64,000 nt of DNA from Candidatus Moraniibacteriota bacterium (GTDB taxonomy: Bacteria; Patescibacteriota; Minisyncoccia; Moranbacterales; GCA-2747515). Below, one piece after another: positions 38,601 to 49,175 of this stretch. Every line of letters begins with the position of its first letter. The first letter of the stretch is position 1. The notes beneath the pieces were generated by a model, which ran no database searches, was not told the DNA's origin, and was given only the letters and a program-made list of their open reading frames with translations. The translations under genes were made by a program, and so were the position numbers. Location: assembly GCA_016699795.1 (NCBI GenBank), contig CP065011.1, positions 1,011,449-1,075,448 of the forward strand. Reading direction: 5' to 3'.

Positions 38601-39137
38601 ATGAAAAATAATAATTTTACAAGGGTTCCTATACTTGAAAAAGAAGATGTGAATGAAGAAACTCGAGAAATGTTTATTAAATGGGAAGGGGCTACTGGAA
38701 AAGTTCCTGAATGGGCAAGGGTTATGGCAAATAGACCCTCTATTCTTAAAGAATTTTTCGATCTTTTTAAGGCAGTTATGGGTCCTGGGGAAGTAGATGA
38801 GATAACAAAATGGCGAGTAGCTCATCAGACTTCAGTCCTCAATAAATGTGAATATTGTGTAGATGTCACTGAAATGAAGTTGAAAGCTATGGGACTGGAT
38901 GAGGAAAAAATAAATGACGTTCTTACCAATGAAATGGCATCTCTTTCAGACGCTGAAAAAGTTGCTATAGTGTATGCACAAGAAACAACACTCAAAGCTA
39001 ATCAAGTAGATGACACAGTTTTTCAAAATTTGAAAAACTACTACAATGATGCGCAAATTGTAGAAATCACTTCTGTTATAGGATTTTTTAGTTACATCAA
39101 TCGTTTCAATGATGCCCTTCGAGTTCTTCCCGAATAA
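38601..39137 (+). CDS. carboxymuconolactone decarboxylase (AhpD-like) family protein
   Basis: CMD-family core with WRVAHQTSVLNKCEYCVDV (CxxC-type peroxidase-related motif). Confidence 0.65.
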   Translation: MKNNNFTRVPILEKEDVNEETREMFIKWEGATGKVPEWARVMANRPSILKEFFDLFKAVMGPGEVDEITKWRVAHQTSVLNKCEYCVDVTEMKLKAMGLDEEKINDVLTNEMASLSDAEKVAIVYAQETTLKANQVDDTVFQNLKNYYNDAQIVEITSVIGFFSYINRFNDALRVLPE

Positions 39138-39199
39138 AACATTACGTTTTCCACAAAACATAAAAAGATAAAGACTCCCTCAAAAGGAGTTTTTATTTT

Positions 39200-40891
39200 T
39201 TAATCAACTTCTTGATCAGGATCTTCTTCGATGATACCTTCTTGTTTTGAAGTTTTTTCTTCTTTATTGATAATTCGAGGATAAAGCATTACATTTTCTT
39301 TCAAAACAGGATCGGAAAATAAAATACGCTGATTAGTGCCTGAAAATTCTAAGCAATCTTTTGAAACTTCTTTTTCACAATCAAGAGTAGAAAAGAAAAT
39401 ATTCAAAGAATCCATTATTTTCAAAGAAGGATTTTCATTGTCTACCCCTATTCCCTTACTTAGAATACCTTCAAATAAAGATTGATGTAAACCCTGAAAA
39501 AAACTTCCATTTGGAGATGCTACATCAATATTTTTAAAGTAAAAAAAGGAATTTCTTAAAACATTACCATTTTTTGGATAAAAGTTTTTTAACGTCATCG
39601 CATTATTTTTTGAATAAGCTTGGACATTGACAAAGAAAATATCACGGAGACGGACATCTTCTTTCTTAGTTTCTTTACTGCGAAGTCGCATATCATCTTC
39701 AGAAGAAGAAAGGTCCATAAAAATTGCATTTTCAAAGACAGTATCCATTTTTATGTTTTGAAAAAGAAAATGTCTAAGAGAGCCCCCTATGCCGGAAGGA
39801 AGAGATGTCGCTATGCCGTTTACTGTTTCATAAATATGAATATCTTTAGTAACAATTCGATTCATTCCTCCAGACATAGCCCTATCGATATGTATTGCAT
39901 TTCTTGATTGTAGAATGTCTACATTTTGAATACGAATATTTTGTAATGGGTTTTCATCCATAGCTCGTCCTTCAGCATCTAAGCCGGACTGGAAAACAAT
40001 ACCATCTCCTTTTTCAGATTGAATTTTCCCCCCAGAATAGAGAATATTTGAAGAAGAATCTAGGACAACAGCATCACCATCAAGAGAATTTACTTTGATA
40101 ATAAGATCTTGAAATAACATTTTGTTACTAAAAAGTGCGCGGATAGAATTTCGAGGTGAATTTTCAAGCGTAACACCTTCTACGCTTATATTCGAACAAA
40201 AAGAAAAACCTATCATATCAGGTCTAAATGCCATCGTATCTTTTAAACTGTATTGTGTACGATTCTCAACTTTTTCCCTTTCTTCACTTTCTTGATAGAG
40301 AAATTCGAACCAATATTTTTCACTCTCAGCATATTTTAGCCAAGCTTTTTCATTTCCTCGGATACTCCCCTTTCCAGAAATTTTAACATCTTCACATTCA
40401 AATCCATACAATAAGGGTTGAGACATATTCGTCCTTATACCTTCAAAACGATAGGGCACGCTTGTTGGATAAGAAAGAATATTTTCATCAAAAAGAATTT
40501 CCGAACCCTCCTCAATAGAAAAATCTATATGATTTTTTAGTAAAAGTGACTGTATAATCCAAGATCCCCTATCAATTACTATCCTTCCTCCCCCACCCAA
40601 AGAACACTCATTGATTGCATTTTGTACACTTGCTGTTATTTTTTCAGGAGAGTCTGTTTGTTTCACATTCTGTGAAATTCGATAACATTCTCGATTTGGT
40701 ATATTATGTTCTACAGGAGAATTTAAAACGATATTCTGTAATCGCGAAAAAGTTTTCTCATCAAAAGGCATCATTGTGGCATCACTTCCATAGCCTAATC
40801 GAGAATAATAATCATAAAGATAATAAGCCCCCCCACAAAGAAAAAGAAAGAATATGCTCAAAACTATAACGTCACTTCTTGTCAATTTCAT
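39200..40891 (-). CDS. membrane-anchored secreted right-handed beta-helix (pectate-lyase/GH28-like) protein
   Basis: N-terminal TM, then VQNAINECSLGGGGRIVIDRGSWIIQSLLLKNHIDFSIEEGSEILF, the classic start of pectate-lyase-superfamily/GH28 beta-helix domains. Confidence 0.45.
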   Translation of the reverse strand: MKLTRSDVIVLSIFFLFLCGGAYYLYDYYSRLGYGSDATMMPFDEKTFSRLQNIVLNSPVEHNIPNRECYRISQNVKQTDSPEKITASVQNAINECSLGGGGRIVIDRGSWIIQSLLLKNHIDFSIEEGSEILFDENILSYPTSVPYRFEGIRTNMSQPLLYGFECEDVKISGKGSIRGNEKAWLKYAESEKYWFEFLYQESEEREKVENRTQYSLKDTMAFRPDMIGFSFCSNISVEGVTLENSPRNSIRALFSNKMLFQDLIIKVNSLDGDAVVLDSSSNILYSGGKIQSEKGDGIVFQSGLDAEGRAMDENPLQNIRIQNVDILQSRNAIHIDRAMSGGMNRIVTKDIHIYETVNGIATSLPSGIGGSLRHFLFQNIKMDTVFENAIFMDLSSSEDDMRLRSKETKKEDVRLRDIFFVNVQAYSKNNAMTLKNFYPKNGNVLRNSFFYFKNIDVASPNGSFFQGLHQSLFEGILSKGIGVDNENPSLKIMDSLNIFFSTLDCEKEVSKDCLEFSGTNQRILFSDPVLKENVMLYPRIINKEEKTSKQEGIIEEDPDQEVD

Positions 40892-40906
40892 AACTTCATT
40901 TTATAT

Positions 40907-43072
40907 TTGATTCTTATGAGAGCATACAAAAAATTTTCCTACAATGCAATGAAAAAATTAAAAAATCCTCTTTTTTGGGTTTATATTGCTTTAATTGCGT
41001 ATTTCTCTTTTTCATTGCCCAATCTTACTCATTATACAACAGCCGATGAACATTTTTGGCTTCCTAATATTGGAGAGGAGCGTGTTCTTGAATATTGGAG
41101 AGCAATCGGTTCTGGGGATTGGGAGAAAACTCGAATTAATGATAAGCCAGGGATTACCCTTGCTTATATCTCGGGTATAGCTATACCGTTCACGCAACAT
41201 CTTTATGATAAACAACGTTTTTCTGATCCTGATAACGTTGTTTTTCAATACGATCCCCAAATAACAAAAATAATGCATTTTTCTTATCGATTCCCTCTTG
41301 TCCTTTTTACCGGATTTTTCATGCTTTATATTTTTCATATACTCAAAAAAATAACAAAAAATAAAAAGATTGCTGCTATTTCAGTTATATTTTTTCTCTC
41401 TTCCCCAGTACTTGTAGGCATATCTCACATTGTAAATCCCGATTCACTTTTTTGGATTTTTGGAACAGCGACACTTCTTACTTATATATACACACTTCAA
41501 AATAAATCTTCATCACGATACATTTGGCTTACAGGATTATTTTTCGGTTTATCCCTTGCAAGTAAATATGTCAGTATTATCTTTATTCCCTTTCTTTTGT
41601 TACTTATGGGACTTTGGTATATTTTTCACTTTGAAAATGAATTCAATGATAATGCGAAGCGAAAAAATTTCTCCAAACACCTAACAAAAAATATTCGTAA
41701 TTTTATAGCTATCATCGTAGGAAGTTTTTTTCTTTTTGCTCTTATGATGCCAGCTGCCTTAGTAGATCCTGTAATATTTTATGAAAGTACTATTGGTTTT
41801 CCTGGTATGCCCCCAGTTTTCGTTCTTATAGCTCTTTTTTGTTTCATCATCCTTTTAGATGCTTATTTTTTGAAATCAAAAATAGCTTTTTCTATTTTTT
41901 CTTTTTTATCAAAACATTCAGTATTCCTTGAACGTATTATTTATGGAATTCTCATAATTTCTTCCCTTTTTGTATTTTTCAACTGGATTTCCAAAAATAG
42001 TATTATTGATCTTTCTGGAATTCCATTCTATGCGAAAACAAAAGCATCATTTACAACAGATAATCCCTATTGGGTCCGTTATGTTATGGAATTTGTCCCT
42101 CTCGTTTTTGCACTTACGCCATTAACATTTTTTCTTCTTTTGCTCTATTGGATACAAGGATTTTTTCAACAAGTAAAGTATCGATTTTTTGGCTTTTCTC
42201 TTTCTCTTTTCTTTTTTATATTCTTTATTGCTGTAGTCGAGCAAGGACTTCTTGTAACCGTACGTTATAACATAATTCTTTTTCCCCTAGCTTGCATCTT
42301 GGCTTCGATGGCACTTATCGAAAATACTTCCTCTCTAAAAATAAAAGAAAGAATTCCAAGAAAATATTTCTTAATTGCATTATTAACACTTATTCTTACA
42401 GCTTATATTCTCAATGCGTTTGTTGGTTATCACAGTTCCCAAGAAGCTTCTTTAAAATTTCAATTTGAATATATTATTGGAATGTATAGAAGTATTATTT
42501 TCCCCCTTATTATTATTCTTTTTTCAGGATCTCTTTATTTTCTCTTTCGTTTTATAGATCGATCCTCATTTTTTCAAAAAATCAAATTTTTCTTTTTTTC
42601 CTTTCCTGTCATCGCATTTGGAATAGTAATCATCGCAAGTATTTCCCTTTTCAGCGCCTACCCTCATTTTTTTCTTTATACCAATAGTTATCTTCCTACT
42701 CGTTATATTCTCAATCATCCCTGGGGTTATGGAGGATATGAAGCAGCTCAGTATCTCAATGAACTTCCCGATGCAAAAAATATCACTCTCTGGGCTAATG
42801 CTCATGGGGTTTGCGAATTCTTCGTAGGAAAATGCATACGAAAACAAAAACTTGATATAGAAAAATATCCTATAGATTATTTATTTTTTGCTCATATGGG
42901 ATCTTTGCAGGCTAAGTTTGAAACTGAGTCAGAAACAGTTTGGGCCTATTACCCTGATAATCGAAAGATAAATTTCGTAAAATTAGAAAAGAATGATTAT
43001 CAAGCATCTTTAGAAAAAGCCATGCTAAAAAAATATATTGAAAATTTTACCCCTAAACTAGATCAGGAATAA
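40907..43072 (+). CDS. GT-C family (PMT_2/ArnT-like, GT39/83-type) membrane glycosyltransferase, paralog 1
   Basis: First extracytoplasmic loop TTADEHFWLP..WEKTRINDKPG (DE motif) after TM1; more than 12 TM helices. Confidence 0.6.
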   Translation: MILMRAYKKFSYNAMKKLKNPLFWVYIALIAYFSFSLPNLTHYTTADEHFWLPNIGEERVLEYWRAIGSGDWEKTRINDKPGITLAYISGIAIPFTQHLYDKQRFSDPDNVVFQYDPQITKIMHFSYRFPLVLFTGFFMLYIFHILKKITKNKKIAAISVIFFLSSPVLVGISHIVNPDSLFWIFGTATLLTYIYTLQNKSSSRYIWLTGLFFGLSLASKYVSIIFIPFLLLLMGLWYIFHFENEFNDNAKRKNFSKHLTKNIRNFIAIIVGSFFLFALMMPAALVDPVIFYESTIGFPGMPPVFVLIALFCFIILLDAYFLKSKIAFSIFSFLSKHSVFLERIIYGILIISSLFVFFNWISKNSIIDLSGIPFYAKTKASFTTDNPYWVRYVMEFVPLVFALTPLTFFLLLLYWIQGFFQQVKYRFFGFSLSLFFFIFFIAVVEQGLLVTVRYNIILFPLACILASMALIENTSSLKIKERIPRKYFLIALLTLILTAYILNAFVGYHSSQEASLKFQFEYIIGMYRSIIFPLIIILFSGSLYFLFRFIDRSSFFQKIKFFFFSFPVIAFGIVIIASISLFSAYPHFFLYTNSYLPTRYILNHPWGYGGYEAAQYLNELPDAKNITLWANAHGVCEFFVGKCIRKQKLDIEKYPIDYLFFAHMGSLQAKFETESETVWAYYPDNRKINFVKLEKNDYQASLEKAMLKKYIENFTPKLDQE

Positions 43073-43088
43073 AAAAACAAAAAATAAT

Positions 43089-44993
43089 ATGACAGCATTC
43101 TTTAATTTTATTAAAAAATATTATCTTCCTTTCGTTTTGTGTATCTTTTTTGGAATATATCTTTTTTTGGGAATTTCTACTCTAGGAAATTTCCAGACAG
43201 CCGATGAAGATCTTTGGTTTGCTGATCCTGTCAAAGGAAGGATTCACACCTATTGGGAAGCTATGCGTACTAAAGATTGGGAAAGAACTCGAATTAACGA
43301 TAAACCTGGTGTTTCTTCAGCTATTTTTTCTGGTATTTTTGGTCTTCGTAATGATAGGGAGCCAGAAAAAAAAATAATAAAAGATGGGAATATGATTGAT
43401 CAATTTGATCCTCAGTATTCTGCAAATGCTGTATTTTATTATCGACTTGGAATTCTTCTTACTAATGGTATTCTTGTATTTTTTGTCGCTTGGTTCCTTT
43501 GGGCATCTACAGCAAGCACTCTCGTAGCACTTTTTTCAAGTATCTTTTTATTTCTTTCTCCTATACTTTTAGGAATTTCTCAAATTGTCAATCCTGATGC
43601 TATGCTTTGGTCTTTTGGAATTGCAACAGCGACGGGGTACTTCGCCTTTCTCGTAAGAGGAAAATGGTATTATTTACTTTTGGCAGGTATTTTTTTTGGG
43701 TTCGTTCTTCTTTCTAAATATACAGGATCTTTTCTTTTCTTCATTCTTTATGGAATGACATTCGCTTCATTTTACTATATAGGTTCCTATTTAGAAGAAG
43801 AAAAAACCTACAGAAATTTTGTGCTGTGGCGACTTATAGGTTTTATTTTATTTTGTACAGTTTCTGTAGGTATATTCATTCTTTTTATGCCTGCCGCAAA
43901 AATTGAACCGAGATACCTTTATGAAGGAACTTTTAATTTTAAAGGTGCTTCTAATATGCAATCCATTCTCACTCTTATGGCTTGGATATACGGAATTTTT
44001 CTCTTAGAAGCAATAGTCATTCGTTCAAAAATAACCTTTTTTCTTTTCAAAAAAATTCAATACATAAAAGGACTCCCTTCGTTTCTTATAGGAATCATTC
44101 TCCTTTTGGGGGTTGCTTTTAGTATTTTTAATTGGAATTTTAATAATTATTTTCAACTTCAAACAGCGCCCTTTGATGCCGGAAAGGAAGCTGTATATAC
44201 GTCAATTACCGATACAGGAAATAGACTCGCTCTCCAAATAAAACCTCTCATTTTCACACTTCCTCCTATTATTATTTTTCTCTTCTTTTTTTCTTTTTTT
44301 ATACCTCTTTCCTTCTGTAAAAATCTTTTGAAAACACAGAAGCAAGAAAATGCTATCCGTTTGGGAATATCTCTATTCGGAATGCTTATTATCTTCTTCT
44401 TTTATGCAGCATTACAACAAACCGTACTCGTCCATGTTCGCTATTCCATACTTCTCTATCCGATTATTTCAGTTATCGCGGGAATATCTCTTGCCTTACT
44501 TATTTCGATCATCTCTCAAAAAAGTAATGTATTAGCCATGGCTTTGGTAGTTCTTGCTCTAGGAACATCATTTTATTCACTCATTTCCATACGCCCTTTT
44601 TATTTCAATTACACGAGCGATCTTCTTCCTAAAGATCAAGATGTTGTAGGAGCTTGGGGATACGGTGGCTACCAAGCAGCTATGTATATAAACGACCTCC
44701 ATTTATTTCCAGAATACGTACTCGCTTGGTCTGATTATGATGGCTTTTGTCCATTTTTTAAAGGTGAATGCATTGAGGGTAGTCAAGTAAAATGGCATAA
44801 AAAAGGAACCTATGCTGGTATTGATTATTTTGTAGTAACAAGAAGAGGTCTTCTTAAAAACGAAAGTACTTGGAATAAAATACAAGAGCAAAATATTGTT
44901 GAATCTACGCCAATTTGGTCGCTTTATATCGGTGACAGGCCAGGAAATTTTATTGAAATCTATAAAGCGAAAAACTTCACTCCCAATGAATAA
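43089..44993 (+). CDS. GT-C family (PMT_2/ArnT-like) membrane glycosyltransferase, paralog 2
   Basis: QTADEDLWFADP..WERTRINDKPG, homologous to the preceding gene; polytopic. Confidence 0.6.
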   Translation: MTAFFNFIKKYYLPFVLCIFFGIYLFLGISTLGNFQTADEDLWFADPVKGRIHTYWEAMRTKDWERTRINDKPGVSSAIFSGIFGLRNDREPEKKIIKDGNMIDQFDPQYSANAVFYYRLGILLTNGILVFFVAWFLWASTASTLVALFSSIFLFLSPILLGISQIVNPDAMLWSFGIATATGYFAFLVRGKWYYLLLAGIFFGFVLLSKYTGSFLFFILYGMTFASFYYIGSYLEEEKTYRNFVLWRLIGFILFCTVSVGIFILFMPAAKIEPRYLYEGTFNFKGASNMQSILTLMAWIYGIFLLEAIVIRSKITFFLFKKIQYIKGLPSFLIGIILLLGVAFSIFNWNFNNYFQLQTAPFDAGKEAVYTSITDTGNRLALQIKPLIFTLPPIIIFLFFFSFFIPLSFCKNLLKTQKQENAIRLGISLFGMLIIFFFYAALQQTVLVHVRYSILLYPIISVIAGISLALLISIISQKSNVLAMALVVLALGTSFYSLISIRPFYFNYTSDLLPKDQDVVGAWGYGGYQAAMYINDLHLFPEYVLAWSDYDGFCPFFKGECIEGSQVKWHKKGTYAGIDYFVVTRRGLLKNESTWNKIQEQNIVESTPIWSLYIGDRPGNFIEIYKAKNFTPNE

Positions 44994-45270
44994 TTTTTTC
45001 TTTCCTATGGTTATTTTAAACTAATTTATTTCAAATAAAATATTTATTTTTTATGGAGTTACTCTATGCTTAAAGCCCCCCCTTTTTTACTTATTCATAC
45101 ATAATAAAAGTACGTCTTTATTTCGAAACAGAAAACATTTTAATCAGATTTAAAAAGAATTCGTTAATTAAAACGAAAATCATTATCAAAAATTTTCTTT
45201 TTTAAAAAAAGTAAAGAAATTTAGCCAAAAGCCTGTTTTATTTTTCTAAAAATTTTCTTCGCACACTTTC

Positions 45271-45543
45271 TTATAAAAGCCCTAATTGCTTTTTCATTTG
45301 GAAAACTTGATGCTTATTCATTTGACCAGACTTTTCCATAGCGTCGAGCATCTCCAAGATTTTATCTTTATTCTTTGCAATATTTTTGGGATCAAGTGCT
45401 TTTCGCATTACTTCTCCTTGTTGTTCTGGAGACATTTTTTCGAATTGCTTCATCGCCATTTTTGCAAAAAATCCCATATTTTCTGGCTTTGTTGGATCTT
45501 TTACTTCTTCTTTTTTATCCTTCTTTTTTAAAGGGTTCCACAT
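45271..45543 (-). CDS. small lysine-rich hypothetical protein (90 aa)
   Basis: ORF immediately upstream of secF on the same strand; no recognisable domain. Confidence 0.35.
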   Translation of the reverse strand: MWNPLKKKDKKEEVKDPTKPENMGFFAKMAMKQFEKMSPEQQGEVMRKALDPKNIAKNKDKILEMLDAMEKSGQMNKHQVFQMKKQLGLL

Positions 45544-45570
45544 ATATCTTTATAAATTTATATTATTTAA

Positions 45571-46470
45571 TTATTTTGTATATTTCTTCTGAAAATGATA
45601 ACTTGTCACCAAAAGAGCCGAAGCAACAAAAATTGAGGAATACGTTCCTGCAAAAACACCTATAAAAAGAGCAAGAGCAAATGATTGTATCGACGTTCCT
45701 CCTAGAAGAATAATAGCAAAGAGAACAACCAAAACAGTCATTGAAGTATTTATCGATCGAGCAACCGTTTCATTTATAGATCGATTTATAATATTTTCGA
45801 AACTTTCTTTCATACCATGTCGGAGAAGATTTTCTCGAATCCTATCATAAACGACTATAGTATCGTTGACACTATATCCAAGTATAGTAAGGATAGCTGC
45901 TATAAAAGGAATTCCTACTTCAATAGCATAAAACTCTCCCAAAATAGCGAAAACTCCTATAGTAATGATAATATCGTGCATCAGAGCAATCATAGCACCT
46001 ACTCCGTATTGCCACGATGAAAGAGGTCGAGAAACTTTTCGAAATGCGATAGCAATAAAGATAGCAACAAGGAAAATAGCTACGATCGTTGCTTCAATGG
46101 CCTTTCTTGTTAATTCCTTGGACACTGAGGAACCAAAAAAATCAGTTCGGATTATTTTATTCTCTGCATCCATCTCAGTAAGTTTTTCCCGAACTTTCTC
46201 ATTTATGGTTTCATCACCAGCTAAATATCTTACTATAAAAACATTATCATTTCCCGGCTGAACCAAAACACTCTCAGCTACAGAGGAAACATTGTTGTAA
46301 ATATCCTCCTTGGAAATTTCTTTTGAAAAATGAATTTCCATAAGAGTTCCCCCTTGGAAATCAATACCAAGACGTAGTCCCCAGAAAGAAATAGCAGACA
46401 CACTAAGAATAACACCGAGAAGGGAGATGGCGTAAAATATTTTTCGATACCGAATACTATTGAGAGTCAT
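45571..46470 (-). CDS. secF: protein-export membrane protein SecF
   Basis: Six TM helices and SecD/SecF family motifs (..LGYSVNDTIVVYDRIREN..); downstream of secD. Confidence 0.9.
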   Translation of the reverse strand: MTLNSIRYRKIFYAISLLGVILSVSAISFWGLRLGIDFQGGTLMEIHFSKEISKEDIYNNVSSVAESVLVQPGNDNVFIVRYLAGDETINEKVREKLTEMDAENKIIRTDFFGSSVSKELTRKAIEATIVAIFLVAIFIAIAFRKVSRPLSSWQYGVGAMIALMHDIIITIGVFAILGEFYAIEVGIPFIAAILTILGYSVNDTIVVYDRIRENLLRHGMKESFENIINRSINETVARSINTSMTVLVVLFAIILLGGTSIQSFALALFIGVFAGTYSSIFVASALLVTSYHFQKKYTK

Positions 46471-46481
46471 ATACGTTATTA

Positions 46482-48191
46482 TTATTTCTTGTTTTTGGAT
46501 CGTTTAATTCTTGCAATCAACCAGAGATGTCGATCTAAAAATTGCATAGGAAGTGCTTTGACCATAGTCTGCACAATACCTATCGCAGTAAACATAGAAA
46601 ATGAAACTCCTAAAAACAAGATAAGAGCAAATCCCTGAACAAAACCCGTTCCCATCCAAATAAGAATAACACACGTGAGTAGTGTTGAAAGATTACCGTC
46701 GCGAATACTTGGCCAAGCTCTTCGAAAACCTTCACGAATAGCACTTTCTATATATTTACCATTTCGTAGCTCTTCTTTTATACGTTCGAAAATAAGAACA
46801 TTCGCATCGACAGCCATACCAATAGAAAGAATAAATCCAGCAATACCAGAAAGAGTCAATGTAATAGGCCAATCCCATCCAGGAAAAGAAGAAAGTTTGA
46901 AAATAGCAATAAGCATTGTTGTGTACATTATTAAAGCAACGCCTGCAATTACACCGAAAAATCTATAATAAACAACCATATAAATAATAACAGCAAGAAC
47001 ACCAAAAAATCCTGCTTTTAAGCTTTTATTAAGATCTTCCTGACCAAGAGAGGCCTCGATACTTTGTTGACCTACTAATTGCAAAGGAACGGGCAAGGCA
47101 CCTTCATTAAGGCGTGATTTTAAACTCTGAGCTTCTTCTAATGTATATTGACCTGTTATTTCAGCGACACCATCAGGAATTATGCTTTGCACAGTAGGTG
47201 CTGTTACTTTTTCCTTATCGATAAAAATAGCTAATGTTTTACCTAAGTTTCGTTCGGTAATTTCTTTAAAAAGTTTAGATCCTTCTTCGTCAAAATGAAG
47301 TACAATTCGAGGATCTCCCATCGCATACTGATTTCCGAAATCAATAGAGGCACTTTCTAAATATCTTCCTGTAAGACCCGTTTCTTTATATTGCAATTCC
47401 GGAACCATATTTTTTTGCATTTTAGCAAAGAGAATATGACGAGAACGAACTTCCCTTTCTTCTCCTTCACCTCTACGTTCCTCTATTTTTATAATATGGT
47501 ATCCGAAGCTAGATTCTACAATATTTGGATGAACAATTCCAACAGGATTATTTTCATCAAAAAGAATGATGTCAAATTCAGGAACAAAAGCTCCTTTTTT
47601 TTGAAAATCTAAATTTCCTCCGTCTTCTTTCGATCCTGGATCCTGACTTAACTCACTTGCGAGCTGTGCAAAGTCTTCTCCAGCAAGAGCCCTTTCAAGA
47701 CCTTTTTTGGCATTTTCTAAAGACATTCCATTCACCATAGTCAATGTTTGTACCAAATCAGGATCATCGTCAGCTCTTTCCTCTCGAAACTCTAATGTGG
47801 GAGTTTCTTTAATAAGTTTTTTAGCATCTTCAATATCTTTTACTCCGGGAAGTTCTACGATAATACGACGCTCTTCTCCGGATCGAGACGTTTGGATCAA
47901 TGGCTCACCAACACCAAAAGCATTAACTCTTCGCTCGATAACCGCTTGAGCAGAATTTATAGCATCTTCTCTTTGATCTTCAGGAACGGAATTCACATCA
48001 GCGACATATTCCAAATGAACACCTCCTTGAAGATCAAGACCCAAAGAGACCTTAAGTTGATTTACTTTCTGATATACAGGATCAATAAATACTACTATTT
48101 TTGGATAAGAAATAACTCCAGAAATAAGAGCTAAAAGAACAATTCCCGCAACCTGAAATCTTATTTTTCTTCCGTATCTCATAAATATCAA
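46482..48191 (-). CDS. secD: protein-export membrane protein SecD with an inserted parvulin-type PPIase domain
   Basis: SecD N-terminal TM and P1 region (..ETPTLEFRE..) plus C-terminal TM bundle. Residues about 150-240 (FAQLASELSQDPGSKEDGGNLDFQKKGAFVPEFD..SFGYHIIKIEERR) match the PpiC/parvulin rotamase signature. Confidence 0.85.
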   Translation of the reverse strand: MIFMRYGRKIRFQVAGIVLLALISGVISYPKIVVFIDPVYQKVNQLKVSLGLDLQGGVHLEYVADVNSVPEDQREDAINSAQAVIERRVNAFGVGEPLIQTSRSGEERRIIVELPGVKDIEDAKKLIKETPTLEFREERADDDPDLVQTLTMVNGMSLENAKKGLERALAGEDFAQLASELSQDPGSKEDGGNLDFQKKGAFVPEFDIILFDENNPVGIVHPNIVESSFGYHIIKIEERRGEGEEREVRSRHILFAKMQKNMVPELQYKETGLTGRYLESASIDFGNQYAMGDPRIVLHFDEEGSKLFKEITERNLGKTLAIFIDKEKVTAPTVQSIIPDGVAEITGQYTLEEAQSLKSRLNEGALPVPLQLVGQQSIEASLGQEDLNKSLKAGFFGVLAVIIYMVVYYRFFGVIAGVALIMYTTMLIAIFKLSSFPGWDWPITLTLSGIAGFILSIGMAVDANVLIFERIKEELRNGKYIESAIREGFRRAWPSIRDGNLSTLLTCVILIWMGTGFVQGFALILFLGVSFSMFTAIGIVQTMVKALPMQFLDRHLWLIARIKRSKNKK

Positions 48192-48326
48192 TCAAAGCGA
48201 ATAGAAATTATCTTTTTATAACTTTATTAGAATAAGCTATTTCTTATTTTTTTTCAAATCATTGCACCATTTTTCAATATCCTCTATACTATGGAACGTA
48301 ATACTTTACATAAAATACAATAATTT

Positions 48327-48761
48327 ATGAAAAAATCAATATTGTTTTCAGTTCTTGTTACTTTTTCAGTTTTTATTCTTTCTGGCTGTACTGCAGAAAA
48401 AAATAAAGAAGAAATAACTCAAATGGAAACAAAAATAAATCAAGAAGAAGTGATAATTTCAAATCAAGAGCCCTCTTCTCTTGAACCTACTCCGCAAGTA
48501 TACACTCTCGAACAAGTAGCTGAGCATGCGACTCAAGAAAATTGTTGGATAATTGTTGACGACACTGTTGTTGATGCAACTTCTTTTTTTGGAAAACATC
48601 CAGGTGGTGACGACAAACTTTTGAAAGGTTGTGGGAAAGATGCGAGTGAAATGTTTGCTCAAATTAAAAAACACACCCCAGAAGGTTATGAACAATTGAA
48701 AAAATTAAAAATCGGAATATTTCTTCCCGAAAGTTCTTCTCAGCTCTCCCCTATTGAATAA
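48327..48761 (+). CDS. cytochrome b5-like heme-binding lipoprotein
   Basis: Lipobox ILSGC|T; cyt-b5 motif ..WIIVDDTVVDATSFFGKHPGGDD. Confidence 0.7.
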   Translation: MKKSILFSVLVTFSVFILSGCTAEKNKEEITQMETKINQEEVIISNQEPSSLEPTPQVYTLEQVAEHATQENCWIIVDDTVVDATSFFGKHPGGDDKLLKGCGKDASEMFAQIKKHTPEGYEQLKKLKIGIFLPESSSQLSPIE

Positions 48762-48785
48762 AAAAATTCTTATTTTCGAACACTA

Positions 48786-48819
48786 AAAAAACCGTCAGAA
48801 ATAATTTCTGACGGTTTTT
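48786..48819. terminator. bidirectional Rho-independent terminator between convergent genes (AAAACCGTCAGAAATaATTTCTGACGGTTTTT)
   Basis: 15-bp perfect palindrome flanked by A/T runs. Confidence 0.8.
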
Positions 48820-48855
48820 AAAATACTTTCTTACTCTACTAAAACAAGAAAGTGA

Positions 48856-49131
48856 TTATTCTATAACAGCTACGATATCTTCAGTTTTCACAATAAGATA
48901 TTCTTTTCCTTCAAATTCAACCTCTGTTCCGCTATAACGATTATAGATAACTTTTTGATTCTTCTTTACTGCTATCTTTTTACTTTCACCAATTTCAATA
49001 ACTTTTCCTTGTTGAGGTTTTTCCTTTGAAGCTGATTCAGGAAGATAGATACCAGAACCAGTTTTTTTCTCCTGTTCTTCAGGAAGAATAAGAACATTTT
49101 CTCCCAAGGGTCGTACAGTGACTTTTTTCAT
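48856..49131 (-). CDS. groES: co-chaperonin GroES (no groEL adjacent)
   Basis: MKKVTVRPLGENVLILPEEQEKKTGSGIYLPESA..GKVIEIGE.., 91 aa. Confidence 0.9.
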   Translation of the reverse strand: MKKVTVRPLGENVLILPEEQEKKTGSGIYLPESASKEKPQQGKVIEIGESKKIAVKKNQKVIYNRYSGTEVEFEGKEYLIVKTEDIVAVIE

Positions 49132-49175
49132 ATTATTATTTCTTACAGATTAACGACAACTACAGTATACGAAAC

